Of a DNA stretch of 22,044 nt, positions 16,199 to 22,044 are shown piece by piece; position 1 is the stretch's first letter, and every line of letters begins with the position of its first letter. The position numbers and the translations under genes are program-made. Below the pieces are notes generated by a model. It made no database searches. It saw nothing but the letters and a program-made list of their open reading frames with translations, and was not told the DNA's origin. Source of the stretch: Candidatus Eiseniibacteriota bacterium. Its GTDB lineage: Bacteria; Eisenbacteria; RBG-16-71-46; CAZEPH01. Location of the stretch: positions 1 through 22,044 of the forward strand of contig JBGATO010000059.1 in NCBI GenBank assembly GCA_044229145.1, given 5' to 3'.

Positions 16199-16222
16199 GG
16201 GCGGGACTCTAGCACAGGCGTC

Positions 16223-16609
16223 CTACTCCCATGCCGCGTTCTCGAGGACCACGCGATAGCCGTCTGGGTCCTCGAAGGTCAGCCCATTGCGGTCCCAGTA
16301 GGGATTGAACGCCGGTACCGGTTCATGGCCGGCCGTCCGCATGCGGGCCACCGCTGCCTCCCATGCGGAGCGATCCGGCAGATAGAGAACGAGCAGGTTG
16401 TCCGGCGTCGGCGCGCGGCCGGCCGTGTGGCCATGCGCGTGCGTAAACTCGAGGTGGTAACCCGCCCCCGGCGGCCCGAGCATGACGCCGTCGAAGCCCT
16501 GGTGATCGACGAAACCGCCGAGCCGCGCGAAGCCGAGCCCATCGCGGTAGAAGGCCTCGACGGCGGCCAGGTCATCGGTGGGACGGGCGACGCGCAGATG
16601 TGGAATCAC
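16223..16609 (-). CDS. VOC/glyoxalase family protein (YycE-like)
   Basis: LRVARPTDDL, FYRDGLG, DHQGFDGVMLG, YHLEFT, NLLVLY, NPYWD..GLTFEDPDGYRVVL. GTG start with SD GGAGG; extended -10 at 16643-16651. Confidence 0.92.
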   Translation of the reverse strand: MIPHLRVARPTDDLAAVEAFYRDGLGFARLGGFVDHQGFDGVMLGPPGAGYHLEFTHAHGHTAGRAPTPDNLLVLYLPDRSAWEAAVARMRTAGHEPVPAFNPYWDRNGLTFEDPDGYRVVLENAAWE

Positions 16610-16728
16610 GGCGCAACCTCCACGGTGGATGCCAACCGCCGCAGTCTAGCACGCGGGAAATCCTGGCCCGCAGTCCGGACCACGCCGATACCCGGAGAAG
16701 GCGCCCCCCCGACGCGCCCGTGACCGGC

Positions 16729-16744
16729 CCGGAAATATTTCCGG
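16729..16744. promoter_or_regulatory. Perfect 16-bp palindrome CCGGAAATATTTCCGG, candidate transcription-factor site
   Basis: Exact palindrome with an AT-rich core in the divergent VOC/peptidase intergenic region. Confidence 0.55.
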
Positions 16745-16761
16745 ATTCCTCGTGCAACCTG

Positions 16762-16790
16762 TTGAACAGCCGAGGGATGGATGATATGGT
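16762..16790 (+). promoter_or_regulatory. Sigma70-type promoter TTGAAC-17-TATGGT (extended TG) for the D,D-peptidase gene
   Basis: -35 at 16762-16767, TG at 16782-16783, -10 at 16785-16790. Confidence 0.6.
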
Positions 16791-16911
16791 GAGCGGTACA
16801 GGAGACCCGACGCGGGCCGCCGCTCTCAGTCGTCTCCCCTTTGGCAACTGTCGCATCCACCCCGGGTGCGTACGGTCGAACGCTGTTTGGTCCGACTCGT
16901 AGGGGGAGTTC

Positions 16912-18120
16912 GTGACGTTCCTTGACCGTCCTCAGGTTCGCCGCATCTCAACGGTTTTCACCCGCCTCGTGCCGATGCTCGCGCTGATTGCGTGCATGCT
17001 CGTCACGCCGGCGGCGGAGTCCGTTGCCAAGACACAGGCCCGCGCCCACAAGAAGGCCGCGGCGCAAGCGACAACGAAGCACAAGGCCAAGCCCGCGAAG
17101 CGCACCGCGAAGAAGGCGGCCGCGCGCAAGACCGCGCGCCACTCGGTGCGCGGCGCGCGTCACGGCAAGGCTCGCGCCGAAGCGCAGGGTCCGCGACTCA
17201 CCAAGGCGCAGCGTCGCGCCCGCGCGCGCCAACTCGCCCATGAGACTCCGAAGCAGCGTCGCGTGCGACTGCGCCGCGAACGTCTCGCCGCACGCCGTCA
17301 CGCCCCGCGCCTCGACGCCGTCCCCGCCGCCGCGACCGATTGGACGCAGCGCACGCTGAACACCAAGGTCGGCCCGTGGGTGCACTCGACCGCGGCGCTC
17401 ATCGTCAACGTGCTCACCGGCAACGTGCTGTTCCAGCGCAACGCCGATCAAGTGCGCTCGGTGGCCAGCCTCACCAAGATGATGACCGTCCTCACCTTCC
17501 TCGACCAGAAGCCGAATCTCGAGCAGGCCGTCACCGTGTTGCCCGAGGACGTGCGCAACGCGTCGAAGACCTCGATGCGCGGCGGCGAAATCGTCCGCCT
17601 GCGCGACGTGCTGCACTCCGCGCTCATGGTGTCGGACAACGCCGCGGCACGCACGCTGGCGCGCAATGCCGGCATGACGATGGATCAATTCGTCGCGCAC
17701 ATGAACGCGCGCGCGCAGCGCATGGGCCTCACCAACACGCGCTTCGTCGAACCCACCGGCCTCGACGGCCGTAACGTGTCGACGGCGCGCGAGATGGCCG
17801 CCATCGTCCACGCGGCGACGCGCGACACCTGCATCACCAACGTCATGCAGAAGCGCGAGTACGCGTACTGGAGCAACCGCAGCTACCATCACTTCGGCAA
17901 CACCGACCACATGCTGGCGAGCCAGTGGGACGTCAAGGGCGGCAAGACCGGCTACACGTCACCGGCCGGCTACTGCTTCGCCGCGTGTCTCGGCGACGGC
18001 ACCGGCAACGAATACGCCAGCGTGGTGCTCGGCGCGCCGAACAAGTCGACGCGCTTCACCGACGTCAAGGCGATGATGAACTGGGCCACCGCGAAGGAGA
18101 GTGCGCCCGCCACGAAGTAG
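16912..18120 (+). CDS. Peptidase S11 D-alanyl-D-alanine carboxy/endopeptidase (PbpG/PBP7-like)
   Basis: SxxK (ASLTKMM), SxN (SDN) and KTG (GKTGY) motifs plus FVEPTGL. Signal/TM segment followed by a very basic linker. GTG start with SD GGGGAG. Confidence 0.92.
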   Translation: MTFLDRPQVRRISTVFTRLVPMLALIACMLVTPAAESVAKTQARAHKKAAAQATTKHKAKPAKRTAKKAAARKTARHSVRGARHGKARAEAQGPRLTKAQRRARARQLAHETPKQRRVRLRRERLAARRHAPRLDAVPAAATDWTQRTLNTKVGPWVHSTAALIVNVLTGNVLFQRNADQVRSVASLTKMMTVLTFLDQKPNLEQAVTVLPEDVRNASKTSMRGGEIVRLRDVLHSALMVSDNAAARTLARNAGMTMDQFVAHMNARAQRMGLTNTRFVEPTGLDGRNVSTAREMAAIVHAATRDTCITNVMQKREYAYWSNRSYHHFGNTDHMLASQWDVKGGKTGYTSPAGYCFAACLGDGTGNEYASVVLGAPNKSTRFTDVKAMMNWATAKESAPATK

Positions 18121-18148
18121 CTGCTGTACCGCCTCCTCCTCAGAACGC

Positions 18149-18180
18149 GCGAACGGCCCGAGGCGACTCGGGCCGTTCGT
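18149..18180. terminator. Bidirectional terminator-like hairpin between convergent genes
   Basis: 14-bp stem GCGAACGGCCCGAG / CTCGGGCCGTTCGT with GCGA tetraloop. Confidence 0.75.
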
Positions 18181-18202
18181 GTGTCTGGTGCTGTCGCGGC
18201 TG

Positions 18203-19768
18203 CTACCGCACGCGCATCACCTTGCCCGCGGTGCGCGCCGCGCCGTCCACCCCGACGAGGCGATACAGATAGATGCCCGCCGGCAGCTCGACACCGCGCG
18301 CGTCGCGGCCGTCCCACGACACGGAGGTCGCGCCCGGTCGCGTCGACGGCAAGGGCAGCGTGCGCACGACGCGGCCGCTCGGCGTCGCCACTTGCACTGC
18401 GGCGCCCGCCGCGACGCGCGCCGCGAGTTGCACCGGAATGCGCGTCGCGCCGCGGAACGGCGACGGCGTCGCGGCGCCCAACGCCGCCACCGAGGCCGCG
18501 TCCGGCGCGCCGACACCCACGACATACGACTGCGACGCCACCGTCATCGCCAGCGGATTCTGGTAGTAGCCCTCGTACGTGTTGCCGACGTTGCCCTGGT
18601 TCGCCGGGAGCATGAAGCTCCAGTAGTCGACGGAAAACGTCGTGCTCTGCGCGTTGAAGGCGTCGACGCCGCTCTCGCCGCGGATGCCGCTGGCGCCGGT
18701 TTCCTTGCCGCTCGGATCGCTGCCGCCGTCTTGGTAGAAGCCCTTCACCGTTTGCGCCGGCGCGCCGCTGAAGTCGGAGATCAGGATGTAGCAGCCGTGC
18801 GCCGAGTCGACTTCCCACCAGCGGCCGAGCGGCTGCGCCGAGAACGCGTCGGCGATGCCGTCCACCGGGAGCGGGCCGTTGCCCCCGTTCACGCCGTGGT
18901 CGTCGTAGTGCGTGAGGCCGACGTTGTTGAAGTCGACGCTGTAGCGCAGCTCGTTCAGCGAGAAGAACGTCGAGATGATCGTCGTCGCCGTGCGGATGAA
19001 GTCGCTGTAGTAGAACGCCGTCGCGTCGAGTGCGTCGAAGCCGGTGAGCTTGCCGGTGATGCGCTCGATGAGCCGCACCGGCCCGAGCTTGGTGCCGGCG
19101 ATGGTGCCGACGACATCGTCCTCCGTGTACCACAGGAACAACACCTTGGCGCGCGTCTTGGCGCGATCGACGAGGTCGGTGCCGTCGCCGCCGTTGCCGG
19201 TGCCAATCGCCATCACGCTCTGCGTCTGCGGCGCGCCGTCGACGAAGTCGATGACGTAGTTGGTGCCGCCGCTCGCGTTCTTCCCCGTCGTCTGATTCGT
19301 GGTGGTGCCACTGTACGTGACGTATTGGGTCGAGACCGGCGTGACGCTCGGCGCGGTGCAGACGTACGCCCACGCGAGGTTGCCGGTCAGCGGGTCGGCG
19401 ACTTGCACTTCGTCGCGCGTGGTTTGATTCACGCCGGCCGGCCAGCTGGTGGAGGGCGCCTTGTCGCCGGCGTCCTGCGCGAGGAAGCAGAACTCGTCGT
19501 TGCTGTCCCACACGCCGTCGTCGGCACTGAAGTAGCTGCCGCCCGGCGTCTTCTCGTCGATCTGGAACGGGATCTGCGTCCACGTGTTCGACGATTCGGT
19601 GTAGCGGAAGGCGACCATCTTGGTGACGTCGCCGCCGAGTTCGCCGGCGAGTTGCGCGCCGGTGAGCACCACCGGCTCGTAGTTGCGGGTGAGCGATCGC
19701 GGGGTGGCGTGCGCCGCGGGGACGGCGGCAACCGCACACACGGCGGCGAGCAAGGCGAGACGAGACAT
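18203..19768 (-). CDS. Uncharacterised secreted beta-rich protein with FlgD-Ig C-terminal domain
   Basis: ATG 19768 with SD AGGAG and an AHA signal peptide. N-terminal EPVVLTG...WTQIPFQIDE...DGVWDSNDEF.F. CTD: PSPFRGATRI...GRVVRTL...SWDGRDARG.ELPAGIYLYRL. Confidence 0.85.
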   Translation of the reverse strand: MSRLALLAAVCAVAAVPAAHATPRSLTRNYEPVVLTGAQLAGELGGDVTKMVAFRYTESSNTWTQIPFQIDEKTPGGSYFSADDGVWDSNDEFCFLAQDAGDKAPSTSWPAGVNQTTRDEVQVADPLTGNLAWAYVCTAPSVTPVSTQYVTYSGTTTNQTTGKNASGGTNYVIDFVDGAPQTQSVMAIGTGNGGDGTDLVDRAKTRAKVLFLWYTEDDVVGTIAGTKLGPVRLIERITGKLTGFDALDATAFYYSDFIRTATTIISTFFSLNELRYSVDFNNVGLTHYDDHGVNGGNGPLPVDGIADAFSAQPLGRWWEVDSAHGCYILISDFSGAPAQTVKGFYQDGGSDPSGKETGASGIRGESGVDAFNAQSTTFSVDYWSFMLPANQGNVGNTYEGYYQNPLAMTVASQSYVVGVGAPDAASVAALGAATPSPFRGATRIPVQLAARVAAGAAVQVATPSGRVVRTLPLPSTRPGATSVSWDGRDARGVELPAGIYLYRLVGVDGAARTAGKVMRVR

Positions 19769-19778
19769 GGGGGATCTC

Positions 19779-21089
19779 CTAACGCGTGGAGCGGCGGCCG
19801 CGCGGGCGGCGTACCGCATCGTCGAAGTGATACGTGGCCGACACGCCGATCACCGGCACGACCGGGGCACCACTGGCGTAGAACCCCTGCACGAACGGCG
19901 TGCGATCGTTGAACTGCACGTCGACATCGAGTGCGCGCACCGTGAACTGCGCGCCGAGCGTGAACGTCGTGGGAAAGCTGATGAGACGCAGATGCTGCGG
20001 CACGCAGCCGCAGTAGGGATCGGTGCTGACCGAATCGCGCTCGTCGATGGTGTACGCCTTGCGTGCCGCGGCGCGCACCGCGAGCCACGGCCACACGCGG
20101 ATCTCGGCGCCCGCCACCAGCACCGGCGATTGCGTCGAGCGGCGCGGCGCATCGCTCACCACCGAATCCGCGACCACGACTTCTTGCCCGAGCCGTTCGC
20201 CATCGTAGGCGGCGCCGACAAGTAGCGTGGCCTCGTCGCTGGCGTCGAGCGTGAGACCGATGCCCGCTTCGCTGCGGCGCCACGGCTGCGCGTAGCGCCG
20301 GGCGCGAATCAGCGGACGGGTTTCCTCGCTCGCGTCGTAGCTGAAGTCGTCGCGCGCGTAACTGCCATAGGCGCGGGCGACGAGGTCCGGCGCCAGGCGC
20401 GCCTCGAGCCGCGCCCGCACGCCCCACGGCGCGCCGCCGGCGGACCGCCAGCGTAGCGCGTAGGTGCCGAGCGCCGACGTGGAGTCGAGCGAGAAGTCGC
20501 GCGCCGCGGTGTGCGCCGTGACGTCGAGCCGCGTTGCGCTGCCGAGCATCGCGCCGGCGCCGAATGCCAGCGACCGCACCGACGCCTCGCGCGCCACATC
20601 GCCCTGCCGGCCGATCTCACGCGCCGCCGACGCGCCGCCGGCGAAGAAACCACGCAGCCCGAGGCTCACACGCGACCCGGCGCGGCGGCCGTACAGCACT
20701 TCGACGCCGTCGCCGGTCGCAGGCAAGCCAGCCGGCACCGCCTGCTCACGCACCTCGCGGCCCAGCATCAATCCGCCGACGCCCAACCCGCGTGCGCCGC
20801 GGTATTCGACTACACCGCCCACCGCGCGACCGGTCAGCGTGAGATTGCCGAGCGTGCCGTAGGTTTCCGGCGCCACCACGCGGCCGAGATCGGCCAGGCC
20901 GGTGTTGGCGTAGTCCGGGGTGAGCGACGGATAGGCGAAGACGTTGAGCGGATCGTCGAGCCATTCGGCGATGCCGCCGAGCGAGGTGACGCGCGTCGTG
21001 CTGGCGCGCACGGGCGACGCGCCCATCGCGCAGGCCACGGCGAGCGCGCAGGCCACGGCACGGCGCGCGAGAAAATGCGGCGAATTCAC
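19779..21089 (-). CDS. Outer-membrane beta-barrel, PorV/FadL-like N-terminus
   Basis: VRA signal peptide, then TRVTSLGG....LDDPLNVFAYPS, resembling the R..(A/S)(M/L)GG...DD....F.NPA hatch motif. Alternating strands with a last strand GVSATYHF. Its stop TAG overlaps the SD of the next gene. Confidence 0.6.
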   Translation of the reverse strand: MNSPHFLARRAVACALAVACAMGASPVRASTTRVTSLGGIAEWLDDPLNVFAYPSLTPDYANTGLADLGRVVAPETYGTLGNLTLTGRAVGGVVEYRGARGLGVGGLMLGREVREQAVPAGLPATGDGVEVLYGRRAGSRVSLGLRGFFAGGASAAREIGRQGDVAREASVRSLAFGAGAMLGSATRLDVTAHTAARDFSLDSTSALGTYALRWRSAGGAPWGVRARLEARLAPDLVARAYGSYARDDFSYDASEETRPLIRARRYAQPWRRSEAGIGLTLDASDEATLLVGAAYDGERLGQEVVVADSVVSDAPRRSTQSPVLVAGAEIRVWPWLAVRAAARKAYTIDERDSVSTDPYCGCVPQHLRLISFPTTFTLGAQFTVRALDVDVQFNDRTPFVQGFYASGAPVVPVIGVSATYHFDDAVRRPRGRRSTR

Positions 21090-21171
21090 GCGGAGAGGAC
21101 CTCCAGCGGATCATGCGGGTCGGGGATCACGGCGTGGGGAAGGGCAGGCCGCCGGAGTGAACGATGTGTCG

Positions 21172-21201
21172 AATCTATCGCCGCCGTTTGGGCGGCGTCA
21201 A
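21172..21201 (-). promoter_or_regulatory. Sigma70-type promoter TTGACG-18-TAGATT for the barrel operon, with inverted repeat CGCCGCC-N5-GGCGGCG across the spacer
   Basis: -35 at 21196-21201, -10 at 21172-21177, repeat at 21179-21197 (could also act as terminator of the phosphatase gene). Confidence 0.5.
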
Positions 21202-21816
21202 CCAGCGCGGTCCGCGGCCGCGCGCGGCACGGCGGCAGGCACCGCCTCGCTGGTGATCGCCAGCGCGACCATGGTGAGGTCGTCCTCGACCACTCCGGCC
21301 CCGTAGGCGCGGACGTCGCGCTGAATCGCCGCGAGCATCTCGGCAGCCGGCAATGTGCGGGCGTGGCGCGCCGCGGCGAGCAGCCGTTCCTCGCCGTAGA
21401 GTCCGCCGGCGCCCGGCTGTTCGATGACGCCGTCGGTGCAAAACAACACGACATCGCCATCGTCGAGCTGCACCTGCACGTCGGAGTAGGCGACGCGGGC
21501 CAGCATGCCGAGCGGCGGCCCGCTCGATTCGATCCGCTCGGTCTCCCCCGTCGCCCGCAAGACCAGCGGCGAAGGCATGCCGGCCACCGCGAGCGTGAGC
21601 GTGCGGGTCGCCGGCTGATAGGTAGCCACCACACAGGCGACGAAGCGTTCGGGTTGATCGAGCGCGGCGACGTGCGCGGTGAGCGCGCCGAGCACCTCCG
21701 CCGGCGAGCGATCGCCGCGAATGCCGGAGGCGATCGCGGGGGAAAACGCGGAGAGCACCAGCGCCGCGGGAATGCCGTGGCCGCTGACGTCGGCGAGCGC
21801 GATGCGGAGCGTGCCG
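21198..21816 (-). CDS. SpoIIE/RsbU-type PP2C Ser/Thr phosphatase, C-terminal part (5' end broken by the fold-back junction)
   Basis: IALADVSGHG, AG..SP, GPPLG, LFCTDGVIE, YGEERL and EDDLT. The track's N-terminal residues upstream of 21816 are antisense junk. Confidence 0.88.
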
Positions 21817-22044
21817 GCGGCGCGCTTCGAGCGCGACCTGACGGTGGCACGCGAAATCCAGCGCCACCTGTTGCCGCACGCGCTGCCCCAGACGCGTGGC
21901 ACACACCTCGCCGCCGTGTACGAGGAAGCGGCGATGGTGGGCGGCGACTTCTACGACGCCGTCGAGCGCGCCGACGGCACGCTCCGCATCGCGCTCGCCG
22001 ACGTCAGCGGCCACGGCATTCCCGCGGCGCTGGTGCTCTCCGCG
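21747..22044. repeat. Fold-back inverted duplication: 70-bp perfect arms (to the window end) around a 158-bp spacer
   Basis: 21747-21816 is the exact reverse complement of 21975-22044. Imperfect microhomology continues at 21818-21830 versus 21962-21973. Confidence 0.95.
21817..22044 (+). CDS. Upstream segment of the same SpoIIE phosphatase, in inverted orientation (partial)
   Basis: Manual translation: AARFERDLTVAREIQRHLLPHALPQTRGTHLAAVYEEAAMVGGDFYDAVERADGTLRIALADVSGHGIPAALVLSA, containing the canonical AxxIQxxLLP and GGDFYD motifs. Confidence 0.88.

Noticed and set aside
10433..17910. Other long alternative-frame ORFs (10433..12121, 12118..13755, 12182..13900, 14519..16723, 16948..17910)
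   Set aside because: Off-frame or antisense to well-supported genes; expected from stop-codon scarcity at this GC content.
21747..22044. Transposon terminal inverted repeats, invertible switch or telomere hairpin
   Set aside because: The arms are ordinary phosphatase coding sequence; no transposase, invertase or protelomerase is nearby; fold-back microhomology explains it.

Overview
Very GC-rich, gene-dense bacterial chromosomal segment from a diderm. Signal peptides, TonB, outer-membrane barrels, FlgD-Ig/T9SS-like C-terminal domains and a 'TWGxxKxLFR' tail suggest an FCB-associated lineage such as Eisenbacteria, Krumholzibacteria or Latescibacteria (inference). About 19 genes: a large secreted beta-helix repeat protein missed by the ORF track (runs off the left edge), meaB, a DUF642/choice-of-anchor-C protein, pepP, a metal-uptake operon (DUF2946-like leader ORF, outer-membrane barrel, ZnuA-like, ZnuB-like, no ATPase), YraN, TonB, a kelch protein, a clan GH-A-like hydrolase, a CaiB/BaiF protein, Mrp/ApbC, a VOC protein, an S11 D,D-peptidase, a secreted FlgD-CTD protein, a PorV/FadL-like barrel and a SpoIIE/PP2C phosphatase. 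The phosphatase is broken by a fold-back inversion at the right edge, probably an amplification or assembly chimera. The strongest candidate for a novel system is a CxxC/His-rich leader peptide ending in an RGPP ribosome-arrest motif, whose stall site is complementary to the downstream Shine-Dalgarno and which precedes a Zn/Mn-type uptake operon. Also notable: a short C-terminal sorting-like motif, several apparently leaderless genes, a likely CTG start and a switch-like 5' UTR. No tRNA, rRNA, CRISPR array or mobile element was seen. All family calls come from motif recognition by eye; no database search was run.
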